A DNA stretch of 64,000 bases, from assembly GCA_964422145.1 (NCBI GenBank), contig CAYQZV010000001.1:193750-257749 (forward strand), given 5' to 3'. A program made the position numbers and the translations under genes. This document shows, in pieces, positions 44,605 through 54,610 of the stretch; position 1 is the first letter of the stretch; each line of letters opens with the position of its first letter. A model generated the notes under the pieces. It saw only the letters and a list, made by a program, of their open reading frames with translations. It did not search any database and was not told the DNA's origin. Origin of the DNA: an uncultured bacterium. GTDB taxonomy: Bacteria > Fidelibacterota > Marinisomatia > Marinisomatales > JACNKV01.

Positions 44605-45954
44605 ATGTCTGAACCTTTATTACAATTATCTCCGCTGGATGGCCGATATGAAAACCTAACTAAACCGCTGGCGGAATGTTTTTCTGAAAAAGCGCTGATG
44701 ATCCAGCGCATCAAGGTCGAAATTGAATATCTGATTGCACTCGGCGATGCCCCTACGGTTGAAGAACGACCGCGTTTCTCTGATTCCGAAAAAAACAATT
44801 TGAGACATATTTATCAACATTTCACAACAGAAGATGCTGCCGCTGTCAAAGCTATTGAAGCAGAGACGAATCATGACATCAAAGCTATTGAATATTTTCT
44901 TCGTACAAAAACCGACAAAAATATCCACCCGTGGATTCATTTTGCACTTACATCTGAAGACATCAATAATTTAGCGTACACATTAATGTGGAAAGACGGT
45001 GTTGAAAAAGTTTTCTTACCTGAGCTGAAAAAAACAAAGAGTGCATTAAACGAATTAGCAGACAAATATGCCGGTTTGCCGATGCTTGCAATGACACACG
45101 GGCAGCCCGCCGTTACAACAACATTCGGGAAAGAACTAGCAGTGTTTTCAACGCGGCTTGAACGGCAAATAGCCCAACTGACGTCCCAAGTCTTGTGCGG
45201 AAAACTTAATGGTGCCGTCGGGACGTGGGCAGCGCATTCAATCGCCTGTCCCGAAACAGACTGGATACAGTTCTCACAGAACTTTGTAAAAACCCTTGGG
45301 TTGGAACCAAATTTGATCACGACACAGATCGAACCTCATGATTCATTGATTGAAAGCGCACATCAAGTTGTTCGTATCAACTCTATCCTTATTGATTTAT
45401 GCCGTGATTTTTGGATGTACATCAGCAGGGGAATTTTAACACAGAAAAACGTGGCTTCTGAGGTCGGATCATCAACCATGCCTCAAAAAATAAATCCGAT
45501 TCAATTTGAAAATGCAGAAGGAAACCTCGGTATTTCAAACGCGATGTTTAATCACTTTGCTGAAAAACTTCCCATATCCAGAATGCAGAGAGATTTGTCC
45601 GACAGCACTGTTCAAAGGAATCTCGGCGCTGCGATGGGGTATGCATTTATTGCACTAAAAAACATAGGTCGCGGATTGGCAAAAATTGATGTTGACACGA
45701 AACAGATGGAGAATGAAGTATCATCCCGCTGGGAAGTGTTGGGTGAAGCCGTCCAAACGTTGTTGAGAAAAGCAGGACGTGCAGATGCATATGAAATTCT
45801 GAAAGAAAAAACGCGCGGAAAGCAATTGGACAAAGAAAATTATTTAGCACTAATCGACGAATTGCCTTTATCGAAATCGGACAAACAGCGGCTAAAAAAA
45901 TTGACGCCTAACGACTATACAGGACAGGCAGAGAAGCTCGTTAAACGTTTATGA
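44605..45954 (+). CDS. purB: Adenylosuccinate lyase
   Basis: 449 aa. Fumarate-lyase signature SSTMPQKINP. Confidence 0.95.
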   Translation: MSEPLLQLSPLDGRYENLTKPLAECFSEKALMIQRIKVEIEYLIALGDAPTVEERPRFSDSEKNNLRHIYQHFTTEDAAAVKAIEAETNHDIKAIEYFLRTKTDKNIHPWIHFALTSEDINNLAYTLMWKDGVEKVFLPELKKTKSALNELADKYAGLPMLAMTHGQPAVTTTFGKELAVFSTRLERQIAQLTSQVLCGKLNGAVGTWAAHSIACPETDWIQFSQNFVKTLGLEPNLITTQIEPHDSLIESAHQVVRINSILIDLCRDFWMYISRGILTQKNVASEVGSSTMPQKINPIQFENAEGNLGISNAMFNHFAEKLPISRMQRDLSDSTVQRNLGAAMGYAFIALKNIGRGLAKIDVDTKQMENEVSSRWEVLGEAVQTLLRKAGRADAYEILKEKTRGKQLDKENYLALIDELPLSKSDKQRLKKLTPNDYTGQAEKLVKRL

Positions 45955-46749
45955 TATAAATCGGGGATAGTCGGTAATGATCCCCGATACACCCTGATCT
46001 ACAAGCCGGTCAACCGCAGGCTTAGTATTGACCGTCCAAACATTCAAAGCCAATCCCTTTTTCTTTGCGAATGCGATGAGTTTTTCATCAACAAACTCCG
46101 CCGTTGGATGAAGGCAGTCAGGATGCACCCAATACATACACCATTTTAAATGCATGTTTTCACTGTCAATAATGTATCCGGTCGGGATATCTTTTTGTAG
46201 AAACTTTACGATCCAAACAATAATCGGATTGAAGCTGGAAACAATCACCTTTTGTTTTATTTTTCCCGCCTGAATCAAACGAACCACTGCACGAGCGGTT
46301 CGGGGATCAAATATTTTATGTGTTTTGATCTCAATGTTAATTCTAAGGTTTTCGGGAAGTGCTTTAGACACATCTTCTAGCAGATAGAGCCGATCCGTTT
46401 TATTTGGATGAGACCGAACACCCGCATGAACAAAAGACAAATCCTCCCAATCTGAATCTGGAATAAACCCGGAACCATCTGTTTCCCGCTCGAGATCAAT
46501 ATTGTGCGAGCAAACCACTTTACCGTCCCGCGTACCGATGACATCAATCTCGATTCCCTTGAAGCCGGCATCCATTGCAGCAACATATGAGGACAAGGTG
46601 TTTTCAGGAGCATCGTGCAAAGAACCTCGGTGCCCGATGTACATCGGTGTATCGGTGTAGAAATCCTTTGGGAACACGGGTTTCCACGAAAACAGTACCC
46701 ACAATATAACGATAAGGATCCCGACACAAAGTATAAGGAAAATATTCAT
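45949..46749 (-). CDS. Glycerophosphodiester phosphodiesterase family protein (membrane-anchored)
   Basis: HRGS...APENTL motif with an N-terminal TM helix. ATG at 46749 is preferred; the track start at 46767 is TTG and would overlap the upstream gene. Confidence 0.85.
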   Translation of the reverse strand: MNIFLILCVGILIVILWVLFSWKPVFPKDFYTDTPMYIGHRGSLHDAPENTLSSYVAAMDAGFKGIEIDVIGTRDGKVVCSHNIDLERETDGSGFIPDSDWEDLSFVHAGVRSHPNKTDRLYLLEDVSKALPENLRINIEIKTHKIFDPRTARAVVRLIQAGKIKQKVIVSSFNPIIVWIVKFLQKDIPTGYIIDSENMHLKWCMYWVHPDCLHPTAEFVDEKLIAFAKKKGLALNVWTVNTKPAVDRLVDQGVSGIITDYPRFIS

Positions 46750-46753
46750 AGCA

Positions 46754-49165
46754 CTATTTTGGAACAACCATCAGATATCTGAACTCATCACTGTTTCGGA
46801 TAAAAGATTCATCGAACCAGGTGGTTCGATATTCTCCGGCATTATACATAAGCGCTTGGTCATCATAGTGCGGAGAGTTGTGAAGACCCGATTGTCCCGT
46901 TGGGAGGATGAATTGTGTCTCATTAAGATTGTTAAAATCAACGATCCTTCTCATCGATGCTCCCGCCGTTTGTTTATAGGGTTTGGTATAACTGTATCCG
47001 CCGGCACGAACCGTTCTTGAAGATCCGCCCGATTCAAAAGGTCCCACATTAAAATTAAACAGCCAATCAAGTATTTTAACTTTTCCCATGGAATGAGGAT
47101 GAGTCATGGAATGCAGCTTACCCCAAGCCCAAACAGAAGGGTCGTTACCCAGTTTATCTTCAAGCTCTGAAACAGCATCGTTCAAAGACTTTAACAGGAT
47201 CATATCACGAGTTTCAACAATATCTTTGGTCTCAATATTGTCGAACCAGGTTGCTGTTTCTTCCACCAGCATTTTTCTCAGCGTGCGCATATTTAAATAC
47301 CGGACACCAATAAAGGCATCGAGGAAAGACGGCCCCAGCAGGGAAAGTTCATCACCAAAGATATTTCGAACGACATGCAGAGTAAAGGATTGAAATATCA
47401 TAGCTTCAGCTGAGTTGGCTTCTTCATTTCCGTTCCAGTCGGCCAACATCGAAAACACTTTTTTCATGTTCCCGGTTTCAGTTCCAGTTTTCAAAGAAAG
47501 AACTAACGGAAGCATGGTTTGGTTGAATGGAGAAACCAAGTCCAGCTGTATAGATTTCATATCCTCAACCGTTGCTTTGTCGATTTCAGACAGGCGTTGA
47601 TTAATCCGTTGAATGCGACTCGGATCGGCCCAAAGATTTGAAATATAATAAGGAAATTCATCCCCAACCGTTTTGTTGTTTGCTGTTGCAATTACGCCGG
47701 ACTTCGGATTGTATAAGTATGGCATTTCTTCAAAGGGAACCCAACTTTTCCAATCATAATCAGGATCGTGGCCGGGTCTTGGAATAAGCATTTTACCGTT
47801 TTTACGGATGGGAATATGAACAGCGGGACGCCAACCGATATTTCCATCTGTGTCGGCATAAACCATATTTTGTCCGGGCGCACAAAATTCGGAGATTGCG
47901 TTGGAAAAATCATCCCAATTCTCAATCAAATTCAAATGAATAATGGATTCAATGTCTTTTGAAGGTTTATGCCCGGTCCAGCTCATAGAAAGAACATTTT
48001 CGGAATTTTTCAGCAAAGAATGAATGTCGCTGATTACAGGACCGTGAACCGTCTTTCGAACAGTGATTGTTGTATCTCTTCCGCCCTTTAGTGGAATCGT
48101 CTCCGATATTATTTCCATCTCTTTCCAATCGTCTCCATGTAAATATAAATTGGGGTTTTCAGGATGTATCTTTTCTGTAAAAAAGTCAATATCGTCTGTC
48201 ATCACATTTGTAAAACCCCATGCGCAGTGTTCATTTTGGCCAATGACGGGGAGTGGAATTCCGGCAAGATAAACTCCGCTTACATTAAATCGCCCGCCCT
48301 TTAAATGCATTTCATACCACTTGGCAGGCTGTGTGAATTCAAGGTGGGGATCGTTTGCCAAAATAGGCTTTCCGGAATAGGTTCTGTTGCCGGATAAAAC
48401 CCAATTGTTTGAACCGAAGTCCGGGCTGCTGTTTCCTAACAGGTTTCGAATAGCCATCTCTTCATTCCACACGGCGGAAAAAACTTTTTGATAAAAATCA
48501 TCGCGACTTGTTCCCACAATTGTTGGAAGATAATCATGATCATCCGGAAGCAGCTCCAGAAGTTTTTTCTCACCAAAATATTCCAAAATGGCTCCATAAA
48601 CAATTTCCGGCTTCCATGAAGACTCTAACTCGTGTGCCATCAAGCGTTCATATCCAGCGACGTCTTGAGGCCGCCAACGAATGGGTCGAACTCCAAGGAT
48701 TTTGAACTCGATGGGAAGATCAGAACCCAACTCGTCAATACAGGCATTGATCCCATCACAGAAAGAGATCAGAATTTGTTTATCTTCGGGCGATAATACA
48801 GCATACATTTTTTCTGCCATTTCAGGAATACGCCAAGTTCGGAGATAGATATCGCTTTTCAAGAGGTCGTCGCCGAATAAGAGGGCAAGCTCACCCCGAA
48901 CGGCAGCAGCGGCAGATGTCATTTGAAACAGCCGCTCGCGGGCGGCGACATATCCGGCGGTAAAAAACAGATCATGTTCATTGTTGGCAAAAATATGCGG
49001 AGTTCCATAAGAATCGGTAAAAATTTCGACATTTTCCTCTATTCCATCTAATACGATGGTACCCTCATAAACAGGAAGAGCATGGTGGAAAAACAGCTTT
49101 CCTATAAAAAATGAAAGAACAACAACAAAAAGGACTATCGCTAAAAACAAATTCTTTTTTTTCAT
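46754..49165 (-). CDS. Penicillin acylase / acyl-homoserine-lactone acylase family (Ntn hydrolase, S45)
   Basis: 803 aa with an N-terminal signal/anchor. Autoprocessing site ...DFGSNNWVLSG (nucleophile Ser). Confidence 0.85.
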   Translation of the reverse strand: MKKKNLFLAIVLFVVVLSFFIGKLFFHHALPVYEGTIVLDGIEENVEIFTDSYGTPHIFANNEHDLFFTAGYVAARERLFQMTSAAAAVRGELALLFGDDLLKSDIYLRTWRIPEMAEKMYAVLSPEDKQILISFCDGINACIDELGSDLPIEFKILGVRPIRWRPQDVAGYERLMAHELESSWKPEIVYGAILEYFGEKKLLELLPDDHDYLPTIVGTSRDDFYQKVFSAVWNEEMAIRNLLGNSSPDFGSNNWVLSGNRTYSGKPILANDPHLEFTQPAKWYEMHLKGGRFNVSGVYLAGIPLPVIGQNEHCAWGFTNVMTDDIDFFTEKIHPENPNLYLHGDDWKEMEIISETIPLKGGRDTTITVRKTVHGPVISDIHSLLKNSENVLSMSWTGHKPSKDIESIIHLNLIENWDDFSNAISEFCAPGQNMVYADTDGNIGWRPAVHIPIRKNGKMLIPRPGHDPDYDWKSWVPFEEMPYLYNPKSGVIATANNKTVGDEFPYYISNLWADPSRIQRINQRLSEIDKATVEDMKSIQLDLVSPFNQTMLPLVLSLKTGTETGNMKKVFSMLADWNGNEEANSAEAMIFQSFTLHVVRNIFGDELSLLGPSFLDAFIGVRYLNMRTLRKMLVEETATWFDNIETKDIVETRDMILLKSLNDAVSELEDKLGNDPSVWAWGKLHSMTHPHSMGKVKILDWLFNFNVGPFESGGSSRTVRAGGYSYTKPYKQTAGASMRRIVDFNNLNETQFILPTGQSGLHNSPHYDDQALMYNAGEYRTTWFDESFIRNSDEFRYLMVVPK

Positions 49166-49253
49166 GACATGCTCCTTGGACGAAAAGAGTTTTTCGAATT
49201 AATTTTCCGGCCATTATTAAACAACTGCTTTTAAATAACAGCAATCAATCTGA

Positions 49254-50066
49254 ATGAATAAACCGAATACGCTTAGAACTAAGTTAGGAAAGTTTCCAAC
49301 CCCAAAGCAACATGGGGCTTGGGCCATGTTTATTATTCCATCTTTGTTGGTAATGGGGGTCGTTCAAAACATAGATTTTGTTTCTGTTGGGGTCTTTCTT
49401 GGATATATTGTTGTGTTTCTATCCTATCAACCGGCAACGGATTTTGTTCGTTATTTTCGAAAAAACGCACAGATAGATTTTCCATTATTATTCTGGATAT
49501 TTATTTTGGGTGGAACAGGTTCCGCCTTGGTCATAGCGCCCATTGTGTATTATTCAAAGTGGCAAGCTTTGTTCTTTGGCGGGGTTGTGGTTTTTGCATT
49601 AAATATTCACCTGTGGCTGACATTGAAAAAAGAACACATGTCGGTTTTTGGAGAACTTTTCGGAATAGCAGGATTGACAGCATCAGCGCCGCTAATGTTC
49701 ATCTATTTACAAGGAAATTTAGATACAACAGGTTGGCTGCTGTGGTATGTATCGTATTTGTATTTTGGCGGGAGCGTATTCTATGTTAAGCTGGCTGTTT
49801 ACCCCAAAAAAGAAAGTGATCAACGAACAAAATTAGAAAACAAATTACTTTTGTATAATGGAATTATCCTTGTTTCTCTATGCGGGTTGATCTTTTTTAC
49901 AGGATTGTCGATATGGATACTATCTGCGTTTATTCCATTTATAATAAAATCGATTAACTCTGTTTATACGAAAAATCCCATCAAGCAGAAACCAAGAAGA
50001 ATTGGAATTAAAGAGTTGATTCACGCAACGTATTTCTTGGTAGCGTCCATTCTGTCTTTTTCTTGA
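49254..50066 (+). CDS. YwiC-like family membrane protein
   Basis: 270 aa, about 8 TM helices. N-terminal PKQHGAWAMF motif. Confidence 0.6.
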   Translation: MNKPNTLRTKLGKFPTPKQHGAWAMFIIPSLLVMGVVQNIDFVSVGVFLGYIVVFLSYQPATDFVRYFRKNAQIDFPLLFWIFILGGTGSALVIAPIVYYSKWQALFFGGVVVFALNIHLWLTLKKEHMSVFGELFGIAGLTASAPLMFIYLQGNLDTTGWLLWYVSYLYFGGSVFYVKLAVYPKKESDQRTKLENKLLLYNGIILVSLCGLIFFTGLSIWILSAFIPFIIKSINSVYTKNPIKQKPRRIGIKELIHATYFLVASILSFS

Positions 50067-50131
50067 GCCGCAATAAGTCAGTAGTGAATAAGTAATTTAT
50101 TACAGTTTGAACTAAGAGGCTGTGATGAATA

Positions 50132-50578
50132 TCACGGTTTTACCGAATATTGATATTGAAAAACCCCTCGTTTTGGATTCACTTCAACTTTATCAATAAA
50201 TTCAACCGATAATTCATTTTTCAATTCGCCAAATAATTTGATTCCGCGGCCGAAAACAAGCGGATGAATCGTCAAATACATATGTGTGAGGTATGGCGCA
50301 AATTTCTCATTGGTTTTTCCCCCGCCGATCACAAAACATTTGTCAGCGGCAATATTTGATAAAACTACTTTGGGATCATCGTCCCGATGAACGACAATCA
50401 TCTCCCTGTTTTCTAGGGTAGACGGCAACGTATTAAATGTGTTAGATCCCATAATTACTGGATACCCCAGCGTTTGTTTTTTAAACAAGGGTAGGTCTTC
50501 TGACCAATCAATGACTTCATTGGAATGACGGGCAACGTAGCCATCAAGCGTAACAGCAGCGATTAGGATTACATTCAA
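50132..50578 (-). CDS. Dihydrofolate reductase family protein (RibD C-terminal-like)
   Basis: 148 aa. MNVILIAAVTLDGYVAR...VIMGSNTF.... Confidence 0.65.
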   Translation of the reverse strand: MNVILIAAVTLDGYVARHSNEVIDWSEDLPLFKKQTLGYPVIMGSNTFNTLPSTLENREMIVVHRDDDPKVVLSNIAADKCFVIGGGKTNEKFAPYLTHMYLTIHPLVFGRGIKLFGELKNELSVEFIDKVEVNPKRGVFQYQYSVKP

Positions 50579-50600
50579 TTTAACGGTGGTTTATTCGATG

Positions 50601-53171
50601 TTAACGAGAATCTTTGCTCAGGGCGGATGTGATCAAATAACCCAGGTACTCTCGATGAGCACGAGTGTTTTGATCTTTAGACGGTCGTTTAAGCACTTGT
50701 TTTTTTACCCGGCTTAATTGATCAAATACATGTGTTTTTGATAAATTGTCATATCGGGAATGTTCATCAAGCACATCAATTAACTGTTGAATGTATTCTG
50801 TTTGCAGATTTCTGCGATACGTATTGACGGACAGTTTAATATCTTTATCAAACACAGCCGATGTCAGATCGTCCAGCATCTTGGGCAACAGATAGTCGTT
50901 TCCGTAACGCTCAGTGTCTGATATTCGTTTCATCACCGCAGGATGCAGCAGATGGCGAAGAACTGATCGCTGAATGGACAACACCCTGTCGTGAATTTTT
51001 GGGTCTTCAGTGGAGTAATTCCATCCGCGGCGCTGTCTTTGTAAAAACGAAAAAACATATTCAGGGTCGGTAAAAGCATCCGGAGAAAACACCAGTGATT
51101 CAAGCAGAGACATCGCCTGTTCTTGTGTTTCGAGATCAACAGGTGTATAGGGTAAATGAGCTCCGGCTTGACCTGCGAAAGACCGATCCACATAAACACC
51201 CCCGATGTATCGCGAAATAACCCGCGCACAATTTCGATATTCCCGATCCAAGATATAAAACGCATCTTTTAATGGATGGTAGGACATTTCATCTTCAGAA
51301 TATTTTTCGATCAATTGGTCATACATTCCACGGATGAGCTCCATTCGTTTTTCAGCATACTGAATAGGATCAGAACTCATATCATCAACCATTACTCTTG
51401 GATCAACTCCGCCACCGACCCAACTCATTGCATCCGCATCGTGTCCAAACAAAAGGACATGCTCAACCGAGCGGGATAGAATAGTGTTCAGCAAATCTTT
51501 TTCAGATTGATCAGAGCCGACAGGTGTGTATCCGTATTCGATTGCCCAGTCATCATACGGGCCGGTACAAGTTGAGTAATATTCGCCTTGCTTTTCAGGG
51601 TCCGGAGATAAGTTAACCGTAACATAATCCATTACCGAACTGGTCAAGCCGACTTTTTGGGTAAGTTCTTTATTGTGAACATTCTCGATTGAATGCAAAT
51701 GACTGGATTTAAAATTATGTGCCAAACCAAATGTATGCCCGAGCTCATGCAAAATCAAGCGAACGATCGATTCTTCCACTAAATCATCCTTAAATGTTTC
51801 ATCATTTTCAAGAAAATTCATGGCGGTTGTTCCGAATAGATTCCCCTGGTGGACATGATCGCCCACCGAGCAATAATGTGAATTATCTTCGGTAGAATAC
51901 AACGCACTGTAACGAACCCGATTCGTAAAATAAACATACTCAAGCATAATATCTGCCCCAAGGATTTCACCCGTTCGCGGATTGACAAAACTGGGACCGT
52001 ATCCACCGAATGGCGGGTTGGGAGAGGATGTCCAACGAAGAACATTATATCGGATATCACCGGCATCCCAATCGGCATCATCGGGCTGAATTTTTACTTG
52101 AATGGCGTTTTTAAACCCCGCTTTTTCAAAGGACTTGTTCCACCCTAAAACACCCTTTTTTATAGCATCGCGAAATTCCAACGGAGTTGTATTCTCTATC
52201 CACCAAACGATCGGTTTTATCGGCTCTGAAAGTTCAGCGTCGGGATGTTTTTTTTGTAAATCCCATCGATGGATCATGTCCTTCCACGGCGTGTGGGAGG
52301 CAGACGTCATATCCTCAACCCAAGTTGTGAAATATCCGACACGCGGATCATCCCTTCGCGGTGTGTAATCATTGTTCGGCATGGAAATCAAGCTGTGCTG
52401 AAGGACAAGCGTGACGTACCGGGCATCGGTAACGCCCCAGCTTCCGCCACGGCTCGGCGAAGGGTTATCATATACATATTCGACGACGATGTCGGAGTTC
52501 ATTGGATAATTATTAATAGCCTGATATTTCGTTTTACTAGAGCTTAGACTGCCCAATGTGAATCGGTCGGATGATGAAATGCCGTGGCGGGCAGACGGTT
52601 TGATCTGATACAGATCTTCAGAAAGAAAAACATTGTTTGCGTTGATCAAATATTTTGTATTGGTAGTGTCTGTGGCGACGATCTTTTCAGACACCATCAC
52701 CGCTGGGCTTATGTTTGCATCGGCGGCACGGCTTAACGGATTTTCTGGATCGAAATAAAAAGTGGTATTTTGGGTTTCAAACTCGATACGGTCAAAATAT
52801 TTTTTAAGCGTAAAAACTTTGCTTTGGCGATAGGAGCCGCGGTTTAACCCAACGTCAACAATTCCGTCTTTCGCATGCAGAAAATGGATATATTCATTGT
52901 TCAGCTGGTTTGTGGTGATCACCATAAACAATTCACCATTTGTTGTGTCCTGATAAAACGTGAACAAACCGTCAAAACAATTCATATCTTTTATTTTATC
53001 TTCAAACGTTTCTGTTTTTTTTGTTTCAGGGATGCTCACAGAATCAACGGGGGCGGATGTTTTTTCAGCCACAACTTCAACCGTCGGCATCGTTTGTCCG
53101 AATGCAAAACAGAGAAGTGAAAGACTAAGCACTAAAGATTGGTTCAGTAAATTCATGTTGGTCTCTTTCAT
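50601..53171 (-). CDS. Secreted zinc-dependent metalloprotease (HExxH; DUF4953/DUF5117-type architecture)
   Basis: 856 aa with a signal peptide. Zincin motif LHELGHTFGLAHNF. ATGA overlap with the upstream methyltransferase gene. Confidence 0.75.
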   Translation of the reverse strand: MKETNMNLLNQSLVLSLSLLCFAFGQTMPTVEVVAEKTSAPVDSVSIPETKKTETFEDKIKDMNCFDGLFTFYQDTTNGELFMVITTNQLNNEYIHFLHAKDGIVDVGLNRGSYRQSKVFTLKKYFDRIEFETQNTTFYFDPENPLSRAADANISPAVMVSEKIVATDTTNTKYLINANNVFLSEDLYQIKPSARHGISSSDRFTLGSLSSSKTKYQAINNYPMNSDIVVEYVYDNPSPSRGGSWGVTDARYVTLVLQHSLISMPNNDYTPRRDDPRVGYFTTWVEDMTSASHTPWKDMIHRWDLQKKHPDAELSEPIKPIVWWIENTTPLEFRDAIKKGVLGWNKSFEKAGFKNAIQVKIQPDDADWDAGDIRYNVLRWTSSPNPPFGGYGPSFVNPRTGEILGADIMLEYVYFTNRVRYSALYSTEDNSHYCSVGDHVHQGNLFGTTAMNFLENDETFKDDLVEESIVRLILHELGHTFGLAHNFKSSHLHSIENVHNKELTQKVGLTSSVMDYVTVNLSPDPEKQGEYYSTCTGPYDDWAIEYGYTPVGSDQSEKDLLNTILSRSVEHVLLFGHDADAMSWVGGGVDPRVMVDDMSSDPIQYAEKRMELIRGMYDQLIEKYSEDEMSYHPLKDAFYILDREYRNCARVISRYIGGVYVDRSFAGQAGAHLPYTPVDLETQEQAMSLLESLVFSPDAFTDPEYVFSFLQRQRRGWNYSTEDPKIHDRVLSIQRSVLRHLLHPAVMKRISDTERYGNDYLLPKMLDDLTSAVFDKDIKLSVNTYRRNLQTEYIQQLIDVLDEHSRYDNLSKTHVFDQLSRVKKQVLKRPSKDQNTRAHREYLGYLITSALSKDSR

Positions 53172-53677
53172 GATTTATCAGATGATTTAAATTCTTTTTT
53201 TAAAAAAGTGTATGAAGGAAAAAATTGTCCGGTTCGTTGCATGTATTCATGATATTGATCTTCGAAACGATCAAGAATATACTGTTCTTCTTTTGTTACA
53301 ATCCATGACCAGAAAAACGTCAACGGGACCACAGACAACAGCAACATCCAGGAGTAAAAGTAAAGAGCAAGCAAGCCGGTTGCAGAGTAGATCAATGCAC
53401 TGTAAAACGGGTGTCGTATATATTGATAGGGGCCATGCGTCACGAGTCTTTTCCCCCATCCGTTTTTGAGCAAGGTGATCATTCCGCCACCATAGAGATA
53501 GGCGGCATCTGCCCCCAGAACAATCAGCAACAGTATGCGGAAGGTGTCGTCAATTTTTATTGCTGGAATTCCCAATAGTTTTTCTATCGAGAAGAAAACG
53601 ATCCAAACAACAATGGTTACAATCAGACCAACAGGGCCGACACCAAAAATTCGTTTATAATGAGATGAAAGACGCAT
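53168..53677 (-). CDS. Isoprenylcysteine carboxyl methyltransferase (ICMT)/phospholipid methyltransferase family membrane protein
   Basis: 169 aa, 4-5 TM helices. ...LVTHGPYQYIRHPFYSALIY.... Confidence 0.75.
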   Translation of the reverse strand: MRLSSHYKRIFGVGPVGLIVTIVVWIVFFSIEKLLGIPAIKIDDTFRILLLIVLGADAAYLYGGGMITLLKNGWGKRLVTHGPYQYIRHPFYSALIYSATGLLALYFYSWMLLLSVVPLTFFWSWIVTKEEQYILDRFEDQYHEYMQRTGQFFPSYTFLKKEFKSSDKS

Positions 53678-53778
53678 ATTGAATTTTATTTTAATGTGTA
53701 AAGTTACAGTATTTAATCAATGATAGTATGATTGGATATTTAGCTGTAATATTTCAGCAATTAGAAAGAGGCCTTTTT

Positions 53779-53982
53779 ATGGAAAAATTAGCATATATCA
53801 TTCTAGGTTCCGTCGCAATCGCTTGGATCAGCGCAGTTATCTATGGAATGGTCGCAGCATTTCCGTACGGATTAATTGGATTAATCACCATTTTTGCTGT
53901 CGGAATGCTTTTTGTAAAAATTCTAAAAGAACGGCTGGAAAGCAAGGAAGATGACTATTACGATAAACATATAGATCAGTAA
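53779..53982 (+). CDS. Small two-TM membrane protein (67 aa), hypothetical
   Basis: ATG at 53779 is preceded by AAGAGG. Two hydrophobic helices followed by a charged tail. Confidence 0.5.
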   Translation: MEKLAYIILGSVAIAWISAVIYGMVAAFPYGLIGLITIFAVGMLFVKILKERLESKEDDYYDKHIDQ

Positions 53983-54265
53983 TATCATTCAGATGAACCA
54001 ATCAACTCAAATCAATGCGTTAAATGTTTGGAGACAGATTTCCAAAACCTTGGACACCTTCAATTGCTTTAAAAGGGTTTTTGACAATAGAATGATCGCT
54101 GAAGAAAGCATTGTCTATCAGCGAAAGGTTTTCTTCGCGATTAAACAAAAAGCGCTGTTAAGCGGGTTGTCTTTTTCATCGTGGTATAAACTATGGCGAA
54201 AGACTGTTTCTGTTCGGCATTAACATGACTTTAATAGCGTACAAAAAAATATCAGGAGTTATCAA

Positions 54266-54586
54266 ATGAAAATCACAACACAAGACCAATTCTCAGATTA
54301 TGAAATCATCGAAACGCTAGGTGTGGTAAAAGGAAACACAATCAGAGCCAGACATGTCGGAAAAGATATTATGGCCGGATTAAGAACTATTGTCGGCGGT
54401 GAAATTACAGAGTACACAAAAATGCTTGCCGAGTCTCGGGAACAGGCGCTTGATCGTTTGATCAATTCTGCTGAAAACCTGAATGCTGACGGCGTTGTGT
54501 GTTTGCGGTTCACCACATCCGCCGTGATGACCGGTTCGGCAGAATTGCTGGCCTACGGTACCGCTGTAAAACTGAGAAAAAAATAA
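54266..54586 (+). CDS. YbjQ family (UPF0145) protein
   Basis: 106 aa. ...YEIIETLGVVKGNTIRARHVGKDIMAGLR.IVGGEI.EYTKML.ESREQALDRL...A..LNADGVV.LRF... Confidence 0.85.
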   Translation: MKITTQDQFSDYEIIETLGVVKGNTIRARHVGKDIMAGLRTIVGGEITEYTKMLAESREQALDRLINSAENLNADGVVCLRFTTSAVMTGSAELLAYGTAVKLRKK

Positions 54587-54610
54587 TCGAATACCCGATC
54601 TGAAACTGAA

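Noticed and set aside
49319-49789. 156-aa plus-strand ORF overlapping the YwiC-like gene in another frame
   Set aside because: The 49254-50066 frame has the YwiC-like PKQHGAWAMF motif and regular TM helices. The alternate frame is Cys/Arg/Trp-rich nonsense.
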